A stretch of 64,000 nucleotides of DNA from Nitrospirota bacterium (GTDB lineage Bacteria > Nitrospirota > JACRHJ01), in contig CAWJRJ010000012.1 in NCBI GenBank assembly GCA_963845245.1, positions 64,001 through 128,000 of the forward strand, read 5' to 3'. Shown piece after piece: positions 1-8,790 of this stretch (within the stretch, counting starts at the first letter, position 1; every line of letters begins with the position of its first letter). The translations under genes and the position numbers were made by a program. The notes below the pieces were generated by a model. It did not search any database, was not told the DNA's origin, and saw nothing but the letters and a program-made list of their open reading frames with translations.

Positions 1-776
1 CCATCATCACGATACCGAACCAGAGGCTGCTGGGTGTAATCGACAAGCGCACGCCGTTCAAGCAGGCGTTCACCATCGTCGACGACGTGCTCAGGCAGGC
101 GGTGCAGGGCATATCCGACGTCATCATGATGAACGGCTACATCAACCTAGACTTCGCCGACGTCAAGACTGTCATGTCCTCGATGGGCAGGGCGGTCATG
201 GGCACCGGCGTCGCCACGGGCGACAACAGGGCCATTGAGGCGGCGCAAAAGGCGATATCGAGCCCGCTGCTAGAGGAAGGCACCATAGACGGCGCAAGGG
301 GTGTCCTCATCAACATAACTGGCGGCCCGGACCTTACGATGACCGAGGTAATCGAGGCATCCAGCATAATCCAGGAAGCGGCCGACGAGGATGCGAACAT
401 CATCTTCGGTTCCGTCATCAACGAACTGATGGAAGATGAGGTCTGTGTGACGGTGATTGCCACAGGCTTCGAGCTCAACGCCGTCTCTCAGGCGGTGAGG
501 CTCGACGAGAAGCCGGTACACAAGGCTATTAACGTCGGCATACCGGTACATGCCGGATACCACGCGCCTCCCGCACATGAGGTCGCTGAGCTTTCCATAG
601 GCGAGGAGAAGATCCTCGGCAAGGCCGCAAACCTCAAGGCATTCATGGAGAAGACGGTGGACAAGCCCACGTACCTCAGGAAGGCGGCTGGCATGGATTT
701 CAGGAACGAGTCCCTTGGAATTGACGACGACGACGAGCTTGACGTGCCGACCTTCCTCAGGAGGCAGGCGGACTAA
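1..776 (+). CDS. ftsZ: Cell division protein FtsZ (5'-truncated by window edge)
   Basis: [30 protein letters not shown] motifs and C-terminal [12 protein letters not shown] peptide. Confidence 0.98.
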   Translation, partial: IITIPNQRLLGVIDKRTPFKQAFTIVDDVLRQAVQGISDVIMMNGYINLDFADVKTVMSSMGRAVMGTGVATGDNRAIEAAQKAISSPLLEEGTIDGARGVLINITGGPDLTMTEVIEASSIIQEAADEDANIIFGSVINELMEDEVCVTVIATGFELNAVSQAVRLDEKPVHKAINVGIPVHAGYHAPPAHEVAELSIGEEKILGKAANLKAFMEKTVDKPTYLRKAAGMDFRNESLGIDDDDELDVPTFLRRQAD

Positions 777-784
777 GGCATAAG

Positions 785-2524
785 GTGCAGCGAAAAGACG
801 GAAAGGACCCAAAGGCGAGGGCTAGGGCCCTGCTGAAGGAAGAGCGGGGCGCGGTGATAAAGCCGCGCGGCGGCCGTACAACAGTCGCACTGGTCTATCC
901 AAACACATATTACGTGGGTATGTCCAGCCTGGGGTTCCAGACCGTATACCGGATAATAAACGGGAGAAAGGACGCGCTTGCCGAAAGGGTGTTCCTCCCG
1001 GATGAGGCAGAGAGGGATGCATTCAGGAAAAACCGGACGCCCCTGTTTGCGATGGAGTCGCAGACCCCGGTTTCAAACTTTGATATTGCGGCCTTCTCGG
1101 TCTCCTTTGAGAACGATTATTCAAACGTCGCCGAAACGCTCCGGCTCTCGGGCATGCCCCCCATGTCCCGGGACCGGGGCGACGGCTATCCCCTCGTAAT
1201 CCTCGGCGGTATCTGCACCTTTTTCAACCCAGAACCAATCGCGGATTTCTTCGACCTCGTCGTCATAGGCGAGGCCGAGGACGTATTGACGGAGCTCCTC
1301 GACGCCTATGAGGAACACAAGCACCTTCCCCGCAAAGATCTGTTAAACAGACTTTCAGCGATACCCGGGATTTATATACCGTCGCTTTATGAACCATCCT
1401 ATTCGCCGGACGGCAGCCTCGTATCCTTTCGCCCTGTCGGAGCCGTCACGGACAAGATAACACGCCGGTACGTAAAAGACATCGACGCCCGGCCAGCGCA
1501 CAGCATGATACTTACACCCAATACCGAGTTCTCGAACATGTTCATGGTCGAGGTGTCGCGCGGCTGCGGTCGGCACTGCCGGTTCTGCATGGCGGGCTAC
1601 CTCTACCGTCCGCCGAGGGCAGTCGGCCTTGAGCGGGTGATGGCAATTATAGAAGACGCGAAAGGCAGAACAGGCAAGATAGGACTGGTGGGAGCGGCGG
1701 TATCCGATTACCCGGAGGTAGCGGCGCTCTCCGGACGGCTTGTGGACATGGACGTGAACTTTTCCGCGTCCTCCCTGCGTGCGGACTCCCTAACGCCTGA
1801 GCTTGTGAGCCTTGTGGCGAAGGGCAACCGCACTGTAGCCATCGCGCCCGAGGCGGGCTCCGAGCGGCTCCGCGCCGTGATAAACAAGAACATTACCGAG
1901 GCCCAGATACTGGACGCGGTGCGTATGCTGGTGGACGGCAATATCCTCAACATAAAGCTCTACTTCATGGTGGGCCTGCCGACGGAGACGGACGAGGACG
2001 TGGATGCGATAGTGGTCCTTGCGAAGAAGGCGGGCGAGGCACAGCTTGAAGCGGCAAGGAAGAAGGGCAGGATGGGCCGCCTTACCCTCAGTATCAACTG
2101 CTTCATACCAAAACCCTGGACGCCGTTCCAGTGGGTGCCTATGGACGACGTCGGTTCGCTGAACAAGAAGATAAAACATATCAAGGCGCAGCTTAAGGGC
2201 GTATCGAACATTGACGTCATCAACGATGCACCGAAGCATGCATATATCCAGGGCGCACTCTCACGCGGCGACAGACGGCTCTCGAAGGTGGTGCTGGCGG
2301 CAGCAGAAAACGGCGGAAACTGGACGAAGGCATTTGCGTCTGAAGGGCTGTCCATGGAGTTCTATGCCGGGCGCACGCGCGAGCGCGACGAGTTATTTCC
2401 GTGGGACTTCATTGATACAAAGATTAAACGGGAATATCTGTGGAAGGAAAACGTAAAGTCGAAGACGGGTGTACTATCTACCCGGTGTAATACCAAGAAA
2501 TGCAAAACATGTGGAGTATGTTAG
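785..2524 (+). CDS. Radical SAM protein (B12-binding-like N-terminal domain family)
   Basis: CxxxCxxC in RGCGRHCRFC; APEAGSERLR and YFMVGLPTET motifs; C-terminal C..C..CGVC. Confidence 0.9.
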   Translation: MQRKDGKDPKARARALLKEERGAVIKPRGGRTTVALVYPNTYYVGMSSLGFQTVYRIINGRKDALAERVFLPDEAERDAFRKNRTPLFAMESQTPVSNFDIAAFSVSFENDYSNVAETLRLSGMPPMSRDRGDGYPLVILGGICTFFNPEPIADFFDLVVIGEAEDVLTELLDAYEEHKHLPRKDLLNRLSAIPGIYIPSLYEPSYSPDGSLVSFRPVGAVTDKITRRYVKDIDARPAHSMILTPNTEFSNMFMVEVSRGCGRHCRFCMAGYLYRPPRAVGLERVMAIIEDAKGRTGKIGLVGAAVSDYPEVAALSGRLVDMDVNFSASSLRADSLTPELVSLVAKGNRTVAIAPEAGSERLRAVINKNITEAQILDAVRMLVDGNILNIKLYFMVGLPTETDEDVDAIVVLAKKAGEAQLEAARKKGRMGRLTLSINCFIPKPWTPFQWVPMDDVGSLNKKIKHIKAQLKGVSNIDVINDAPKHAYIQGALSRGDRRLSKVVLAAAENGGNWTKAFASEGLSMEFYAGRTRERDELFPWDFIDTKIKREYLWKENVKSKTGVLSTRCNTKKCKTCGVC

Positions 2525-2526
2525 AC

Positions 2527-2604
2527 CGTTACTTTTTTGGAAAAAGGTAACGCCAAAAACTTTTATTTTTCTTTGTTTACTTTCTTTTTTTAAAAGAAAG
2601 TAAA
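2527..2604. repeat. Pair of related T/A-rich hairpins in inverted orientation (REP/MITE-like)
   Basis: CGTTACTTTTTT-GG-AAAAAGGTAACG (2527-2552) and TTTACTTTCTTTT-TTT-AAAAGAAAGTAAA (2576-2604). Confidence 0.55.
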
Positions 2605-2674
2605 GGTTTGTCTTGGTGTGTATTTTTTGATATACTGCAATACACAATCCAAACAAAAAACGAGAGGTTAAGCC

Positions 2675-4339
2675 TTGCCTTTCAGCAATATCCCAAAGGA
2701 CAAGTTCAGGGGCAGGGAAGAGGAACTCGGCTTTTTAAAGAGTCTTTCCGGCGGGAGTAGTATTGCCGGAAGCATCCTCCTCACCGGACAAAGGGGCATA
2801 GGCAAGACGGCGCTTCTGCGCCATCTGCACCGGACTCTTTTTAAAAACCTTGAAGGCCCTGTTCCATTCTACTACCGTTTCCAATCCCCCTCTCTCAAAG
2901 GCTCCGCTTTCGCAAAAGATATCTTTGCCAGGCTCGTCAGGCAGACGGTCGCCTGCTATAAGCATGATGAATCACTTGCCGCGAACCTCACGATCCCGCT
3001 CCAGAAAATAATGAACAAGGCTACCGGCCAGAAGCTTGCATTCCTGCATGAGCTTGCAGAGGATTTCGACGCATCGGCGAGAGAAGGCGATTTTCATTCC
3101 ATGATAAATGCGGCGCTCTCAGCGCCTGCGGTGGTAGCGGAAAAGTTAGGTTTGCGTGTTGTCGTCATGCTGGACGATTTCCATCTTTCAAACGGCCTTT
3201 ATGAGAACAATCCCGGAGACACCCCGTTTGCCTCGAACATCTTCACGGAGCTTATGGACGCGGCGGGTTGTTCCTACATTCTTGCATGCCACTCAGAAGA
3301 AGGCATTTCGCCAGGTCTCGCAAGCAGGCTTGCTTTGCATGGTCTGGCCGAAGACTCGGCCTTCGCGCTCTTTAAGGACGATTGCTCAATGTACGGGATA
3401 GACGTGCCGGGCGAGGCCAGGGAGCTGATGAAGTATACGTGTGGGAACCCGAGCTATATCAAAAACATTGCCAACGCGATACATGTGATGAAACGCGACT
3501 CGGCGACGCCTGAGAACTTCCGTGAATGCTATGCACATGACGTTGCCGAGGGAGATACCGCGACTTATCTTGCATCGGTACTAGGCGGGCAGATGGGAAG
3601 CCGTCTTATGATCAGGCCAGCCCTGGAGTTGATGATGCACCTGGTTGAAACGCAAGATATTTCCAACGACCCGAAGAGACTCTTTAGTGCCCTTGGAATA
3701 GCCGAGGAAAAAGTCGAGACTATTCTGGACGGGCTTGTACTGGCGGGATTTGTAAGAGCGGGTGCGGCAATATCGATTGCGGAAGATACGGTGCTGCAGG
3801 ATTCCATACGCGCCCGTTATATGATCGAGGTGGAGGGCAGGGCGTCTGAGATCGTCCGCGAGGACATGATACTCAGACGTTTCGGGCCTGAGGGCGAGGC
3901 GCCAATGCGTTTCGAGGTGGTGATACCTTCGGACGTGCCGGAGGCCGAGCTTGTGGCCGCGAAGGCCGTGAGGCAGATGGCAGAGAACGCGAAGATGGGC
4001 TCCGATGAGGCGGACAGGCTACAGCTAGCGGTGATCGAGGCATGCATAAATGCGATGGAGCACAGCGGCAGCCATGAGAAGAAGGTGTTCCTCACCTGCA
4101 CTGTTAAGGACGGCAGGATCGAGGTGTGCGTGGAGAGCCAGGGCGGCAAGTCGTTCGAGCTTGGAGGCCCGGCTGAAAAGCCTGAAGACGCGGAAGATGG
4201 TGGCACGCCCCGCATGCGGGGTTATGGCCTGAAGCTTATCAGCGGATATACTGACGGGCTTAAGGTGGAAAGGGCGGGCTCGCGCGCGCGGCTCGTGCTT
4301 CTGAAAAATATCAAGTCAGTAAAAGAGAACCATGACTGA
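2675..4339 (+). CDS. P-loop ATPase fused to C-terminal RsbW-like anti-sigma-factor (HATPase) domain
   Basis: Walker A GQRGIGKT, Walker B VVVMLDDFH; C-terminal IEACINAMEHS (N-box) and RGYGLKLI (G2 box). Confidence 0.85.
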   Translation: MPFSNIPKDKFRGREEELGFLKSLSGGSSIAGSILLTGQRGIGKTALLRHLHRTLFKNLEGPVPFYYRFQSPSLKGSAFAKDIFARLVRQTVACYKHDESLAANLTIPLQKIMNKATGQKLAFLHELAEDFDASAREGDFHSMINAALSAPAVVAEKLGLRVVVMLDDFHLSNGLYENNPGDTPFASNIFTELMDAAGCSYILACHSEEGISPGLASRLALHGLAEDSAFALFKDDCSMYGIDVPGEARELMKYTCGNPSYIKNIANAIHVMKRDSATPENFRECYAHDVAEGDTATYLASVLGGQMGSRLMIRPALELMMHLVETQDISNDPKRLFSALGIAEEKVETILDGLVLAGFVRAGAAISIAEDTVLQDSIRARYMIEVEGRASEIVREDMILRRFGPEGEAPMRFEVVIPSDVPEAELVAAKAVRQMAENAKMGSDEADRLQLAVIEACINAMEHSGSHEKKVFLTCTVKDGRIEVCVESQGGKSFELGGPAEKPEDAEDGGTPRMRGYGLKLISGYTDGLKVERAGSRARLVLLKNIKSVKENHD

Positions 4340-4367
4340 AATCAACTGTTCTAGGGGAAAAGGACTA

Positions 4368-4718
4368 ATGACAAAATTCAACGTGGAATCCAAAATTTCC
4401 GGGGACGTCGCGATACTCTACCCGCAAGGCTACCTGAACAACCTGGCCGCAGAGGGGCTTGAGAAGGAATGCGATGCCTGCATCGCAAAGGGCATCAGGA
4501 AGATCGTCCTTAACCTGAACGGCATTGAGCTTATAAACAGCATAGGCATCTCCATCCTGCTTGGAGTGATAGAGAAGGTAAAGGGTACGGACGGCACGCT
4601 CTGCTTCACGAACCTGAGCAAGCTGCATTCCGAGACGTTTGAGATGCTTGGCCTCTCAAAGTATATGAAGGTATTCGCCAGCGAAGATGATGCGCTTTCA
4701 CACCTGAGGGCACATTAG
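4368..4718 (+). CDS. STAS-domain anti-sigma-factor antagonist
   Basis: 116 aa; KIVLNL..IELINSIGISIL carries the phospho-acceptor Ser position; FEMLGL; AAAGGA before ATG 4368. Confidence 0.9.
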   Translation: MTKFNVESKISGDVAILYPQGYLNNLAAEGLEKECDACIAKGIRKIVLNLNGIELINSIGISILLGVIEKVKGTDGTLCFTNLSKLHSETFEMLGLSKYMKVFASEDDALSHLRAH

Positions 4719-4719
4719 G

Positions 4720-5943
4720 ATGAAGAAGCTCGACAAGGTACTCTATAGTATCGCGGCGCTCGCGGACCTGGGCGAGGAGACTGCGTCGTCCGAGGATTTC
4801 AAAAAGAAGATGCGCACCGTCCTCCATGTGACGATGGGGACGTTCCTCGCGCATGGAGGGGCGCTGTTTTCATTCGACAAGGCCAGGCAGACCCTGGTAC
4901 CCCTCGCCAGCAGGGGCTTTAAAGGGTTGCGCGCGTCAAAGGCGGACCCGGAGGGCCTTGCAAAATACAGGAACAGGCCGTTTAAGGCAGGAGCCGCCGA
5001 CCGACCCGGAGGCGATTTTCATGCAAAGCTTGAGAAGGCAGGGGCCGAGCTGCTCATGCCTTTGTTTGCGCGTGACGGGCTGGTAGGGCTGATCGCCCTT
5101 TCCGGGAAGTTCACCGGCGAGCCCTACAACAAGGGAGACTGCGAGCTTCTTAAAGTAATCGCCAGCCAGATAGCCATCACGCTCCAGAACCACAACCTCT
5201 TCGCGCACCTCACCGAGAAGCTCGACGAAAACAAAAAACTCTACGAGGAGATGCGGGTAATATACAACGACACGATACAGGCATTCGCCGCCGCTATCGA
5301 CGCGAAGGACGTTTACACCAAGAACCACTCCTCGCGTGTCGCAAAGTACGTAGTGGCTATAGCGAAGGAACTCGGCTGGAACGAGATGGACACCGAAGGT
5401 ATTTACATCGCCGGGCTATTGCATGACGTGGGCAAGATAATAATCAGCGACGAGCTTCTGAAGAAGCAGACCCCGTTCACGCCGGAGGAGGTAGTCGAGA
5501 TAAAGAGACATCCGGCGCTTTCCTACAATATACTATCCAAGATAAAGTTCCCCTGGAAGGACGTGGTGGACACCATAAGGCACCACCACGAAAGACTGGA
5601 CGGCAAGGGCTACCCGGACGCGATAACCAGTTCGTCCCTCAGCGACGGGGCAAAGATACTCACGCTTGCCGACTCTTTCGATGCGATGACGCAGGACAGA
5701 CCGTACAGGAAAAAACTCGACCTGCATGTGGCGATAGACGAGCTACGGCGCTGCCTCGGCACGCAGTTCGACAACAACATCATGGATGCGTTCTGCGCCG
5801 TGCTTGAAAAAGAGATCAAGGGCCACCTACCGGAGCCGGACATCCTGCCCCACCTTACCCAGGACTTCGACCCCTCCGTAATCACCACGATGCTTGAGGC
5901 GATACGCGAAGAGCTAAGCGATGGAAGGGCCGCACGCGCATAG
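4720..5943 (+). CDS. GAF + HD-GYP cyclic-dinucleotide phosphodiesterase
   Basis: GAF (PLFARDGLVGLIAL); HS.RV, LHDVGK, HHE.LDGKGYP, DSFDAMT.DRPY. Confidence 0.93.
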   Translation: MKKLDKVLYSIAALADLGEETASSEDFKKKMRTVLHVTMGTFLAHGGALFSFDKARQTLVPLASRGFKGLRASKADPEGLAKYRNRPFKAGAADRPGGDFHAKLEKAGAELLMPLFARDGLVGLIALSGKFTGEPYNKGDCELLKVIASQIAITLQNHNLFAHLTEKLDENKKLYEEMRVIYNDTIQAFAAAIDAKDVYTKNHSSRVAKYVVAIAKELGWNEMDTEGIYIAGLLHDVGKIIISDELLKKQTPFTPEEVVEIKRHPALSYNILSKIKFPWKDVVDTIRHHHERLDGKGYPDAITSSSLSDGAKILTLADSFDAMTQDRPYRKKLDLHVAIDELRRCLGTQFDNNIMDAFCAVLEKEIKGHLPEPDILPHLTQDFDPSVITTMLEAIREELSDGRAARA

Positions 5944-5952
5944 TGTGAATAG

Positions 5953-5978
5953 AAAAGGCGGCCTTTTCAGGCCGCCTT
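5953..5978. terminator. Intrinsic terminator between convergent genes
   Basis: AAGGCGGCC-TTTTCA-GGCCGCCTT hairpin; U-tract on minus strand. Confidence 0.75.
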
Positions 5979-6019
5979 CCAAAATGTTCAAATATATAAC
6001 CTGAGTGTTTGTCGGCTAC

Positions 6020-6382
6020 TCACTTATCTCTCTTGAAAACATGGGTGTCGATAACAGAGCTGTATTCCACTACAACCGTAATGCTTGACCCAACACCACA
6101 TTCTCCGCAACCCGTGTATGAGGTGACGGTGCCTCCCTGCGAGCCCCATAGTGCCTGAGCATCGGCCTGGGAACTCATTTTGCTGGCTATTACGTCTCCT
6201 GGAATGTTTGTTTCGTGACCGTTATATGGAGTTATCTTACCGCTGACAACCTCCTTGATAGTGAGTTCGTCATGCCAACTTTCGGCACTCCGCGACGTTT
6301 GCGCCTCACCCGCCAGAGTCGAACCGCACAGCATACAGAATATCGCCGAAGCCAGTATCAAATGTCTAACATAACCAAGCAT
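6020..6382 (-). CDS. Hypothetical secreted protein
   Basis: 120 aa ORF, GGAGG RBS, signal-peptide-like N-terminus, CGEC motif. Confidence 0.65.
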   Translation of the reverse strand: MLGYVRHLILASAIFCMLCGSTLAGEAQTSRSAESWHDELTIKEVVSGKITPYNGHETNIPGDVIASKMSSQADAQALWGSQGGTVTSYTGCGECGVGSSITVVVEYSSVIDTHVFKRDK

Positions 6383-6451
6383 TACAGCCTCCTTTGTAAA
6401 TGCAAATTTGCCGGTACTTCTATGCTTTGCCTTGCTTGCGCTGTGGGAAAA

Positions 6452-6955
6452 CTACTTTTCGGCGTATCCATATCCCATACCTTGCACTACCTTGCCGTTA
6501 TTGACGCCTATTATCCCATGCTCTACATCGCCGTCTGCACAACCGCCACTGAAGCGCATCATGATTTCAGCAGCTTTATTGTCAGACTTTACACCCCATC
6601 CCCAATCCAAGAATGTCTTAATTTTCAATTGTGATTTGTCAGAGTCCGATAGCACAAAACCCCACTGAAAGTTTCCCTTGTTTTGTCCAGGCTGACAATC
6701 ATTGACGTATTCGCCCGTACCATCGCTATTGAATATACGTGTATTATTCTCACTCATTCCAGAAAAATATAGTGTTTTTCCGCAAATATCACCAATCCCA
6801 TCGGACGGAGAAAAATCAGTTGTAACTGCGATATTCGTACCATTACCGAGATTAATAACTGAAGTCTTTCTGTCTGCGTTCGATTGCGAAAACGCTAACG
6901 CAGATACTAATAGAATCATGAATGTTGCTGACCCAATTCTGAATATTTTCCGCAT
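6452..6955 (-). CDS. Hypothetical secreted protein (AT-rich)
   Basis: 167 aa ORF, AAAGGAG RBS, signal peptide ending ALAFS. Confidence 0.7.
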   Translation of the reverse strand: MRKIFRIGSATFMILLVSALAFSQSNADRKTSVINLGNGTNIAVTTDFSPSDGIGDICGKTLYFSGMSENNTRIFNSDGTGEYVNDCQPGQNKGNFQWGFVLSDSDKSQLKIKTFLDWGWGVKSDNKAAEIMMRFSGGCADGDVEHGIIGVNNGKVVQGMGYGYAEK

Positions 6956-7066
6956 AATGTAACTCCTTTATCAAGGTTAAAATTAATCCATTAATAACGC
7001 TGTCTGACGAGTTAGATTTTATTTGCTTTTTTTACATGAAGAAACAGGACGGCGAGATTGTATCAA

Positions 7067-7138
7067 CTACAATGGGGGAGGTAATGCGCACGCAGTTCCG
7101 ATATCGTCGCCGGGCATAAAAGTCAAGTCATATGCCAC
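7067..7138 (-). pseudogene. 23-codon ORF resembling the N-terminus of an isocitrate/isopropylmalate dehydrogenase (stump or small peptide)
   Basis: GAAAGGAGGAA RBS then GTG; MAYDLTFMPGDDIGT resembles the family start motif ..ITLIPGDGIGPE. Confidence 0.5.
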
Positions 7139-7202
7139 GTTATTCCTCCTTTCAAAATCGTATTTTCCGCTCTTAAGAAAAGCAGAAAAATTAACTGCAA
7201 AT

Positions 7203-7237
7203 AAAAACCCATCATTGGAAACAATGACGGGCTTTTT
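7203..7237 (-). terminator. Intrinsic terminator/attenuator hairpin
   Basis: Minus strand AAAAAGCCCGUCAUUG-UUUC-CAAUGAUGGGUUUUU; its two G-U pairs form only on the minus strand. Confidence 0.8.
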
Positions 7238-7240
7238 GAG

Positions 7241-7303
7241 ATTTAAGCAATCTTTGAAGCCCACTCGACAGGGTATTGCGTGCTTCTTGAAGATTGCCCA
7301 AAT
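7241..7303 (-). ncRNA. Structured leader RNA / riboswitch or sRNA candidate
   Basis: 14-bp stem AUUUGGGCAAUCUU/AAGAUUGCUUAAAU, inner stem GAAGC/GCUUC and 21-nt loop; lies between a promoter-like sequence and a terminator. Confidence 0.55.
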
Positions 7304-7315
7304 TTTGATTAAAAC

Positions 7316-7349
7316 ATATTAATATATATTATAAGAGCAGGTCAAGCAA
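7316..7349 (-). promoter_or_regulatory. Sigma70-like promoter candidate
   Basis: TTGCTT-N17-TATATT or TTGACC-N18-TAATAT on minus strand. Confidence 0.45.
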
Positions 7350-7374
7350 AAAGGGCGGCATCGCTGCCGCCCTT
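7348..7374 (-). terminator. clpX terminator
   Basis: AAGGGCGGCA-GCGA-TGCCGCCCTTTTT on minus strand. Confidence 0.8.
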
Positions 7375-7411
7375 CGAGATGTTTATTGGTTGTAACTGCG
7401 AGAAACGAACT

Positions 7412-7440
7412 GAGATTGCCACGCTGCGCTCGCAATGACA
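7412..7440 (-). repeat. GTCATT-tagged REP-like palindromic element
   Basis: TGTCATTGCGAGCGCAGCGTGGCAATCTC; shares TGTCATT...AATC ends with the two elements at 26191-26254. Confidence 0.7.
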
Positions 7441-7455
7441 AACTTAAGAGTATCC

Positions 7456-8722
7456 CTACGACGCCTCTTTCTCTTTCTCCGGTTCTTTCTCGTATATCAT
7501 GATAGGCGACTCGTGGTTCGCGTATCACCTCTTCGTTGATGATGACCTCCTTGACGTTGCTCTGTGACGGCACGTCGTACATGAGGTCGAGCATCACGTC
7601 TTCAAGTATGGCGCGAAGGCCTCTGGCCCCGGTCTTGCGGGAGACGGCCTTCTTGGCGATGGCCTTGAGCGCGCCCTCGGTGAAGCGAAGCTTGACGCCC
7701 TCCATCGTAAGGAGCTTCTGGTACTGCTTGATGAGCGAGTTCTTCGGCTCGGTGAGTATCCGCACCAGCGCCTCTTCGTCAAGCTCCTCAAGGGTGGCAA
7801 GCACGGGTATGCGGCCTACGAACTCCGGTATCATACCGAACTTCAAAAGGTCCTCAGGCTGGACCTGCGCCAGCACCACTCCGAGCATCTGCTCCTTCTT
7901 GGACTTGACCTCGGCGCCGAAGCCCAGGACCTTGTCGCCGCCGCGCGAGGATATGACCTTCTCAAGCCCGACGAACGCGCCGCCGCATATGAACAGGATG
8001 TTCGTGGTGTCCACCTGTATGAACTCCTGGTGCGGGTGCTTCCTGCCGCCCTGCGGCGGTACTGCCGCCACCGTGCCCTCGATGATCTTGAGGAGCGCCT
8101 GCTGCACGCCCTCGCCGGATACGTCGCGGGTGATGGACGGGTTCTCGGACTTCCTGCTTATCTTGTCTATCTCGTCTATGTAGATGATGCCCCTCTGCGC
8201 GCGCTCGGCGTCGTAGTCGGCCGCCTGCAGGAGTTTTAAGACTATGTTCTCGACGTCTTCGCCGACGTAGCCGGCTTCCGTCAAGGTCGTCGCGTCCGCA
8301 ATCGTGAACGGGACGTCGAGCATGCGGGCGAGCGTCTGTGCAAGAAGGGTCTTGCCGACGCCGGTCGGGCCGATGAGCAGGATGTTCGACTTCTGGAGCT
8401 CGACGTCGTCCAGCTCGGTCATCGGGGTGCTTATCCTCTTGTAGTGGTTATGCACCGCGACTGAGAGTATCTTCTTGGCGCGCTCCTGCCCGATGACGTA
8501 TTCGTCCAGGAACCGCTTGATCTCGGCGGGCTTGGGGAGCTTCGGCAGACCGCTTGCGCGCTCCTCGTCCCACTCCTCCGCAACGATGTCGTTGCAGAGC
8601 TCTATGCACTCGTCGCAGATGAAGACAGTCGGACCGGCTATAAGCTTCCTGACCTCGTCCTGGCTCTTCCCGCAGAATGAACAATGGTGAACTGTTTTGT
8701 CGTTGTCCGACTTCTTTTCCAT
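7456..8722 (-). CDS. clpX: ATP-dependent Clp protease ATP-binding subunit ClpX (frameshift near 7521; true end ..EKEAS*)
   Basis: CSFCGK Zn finger, [35 protein letters not shown]. Confidence 0.97.
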
Positions 8723-8790
8723 GCGTGTACTCCTCCAAAACTACCGGTATTACAGTTACAATACGTATATCTTACGCTCAAAACTACTTC

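Noticed and set aside
6992..7018. Possible attC remnant (ATCTAAC...GTTATTA) between AT-rich genes
   Set aside because: Too short, poor GTTRRRY match, no integron integrase in the window.
7319..7455. Extended ClpX C-terminus in the ORF track
   Set aside because: Frameshift artefact reading through the REP element and terminator.
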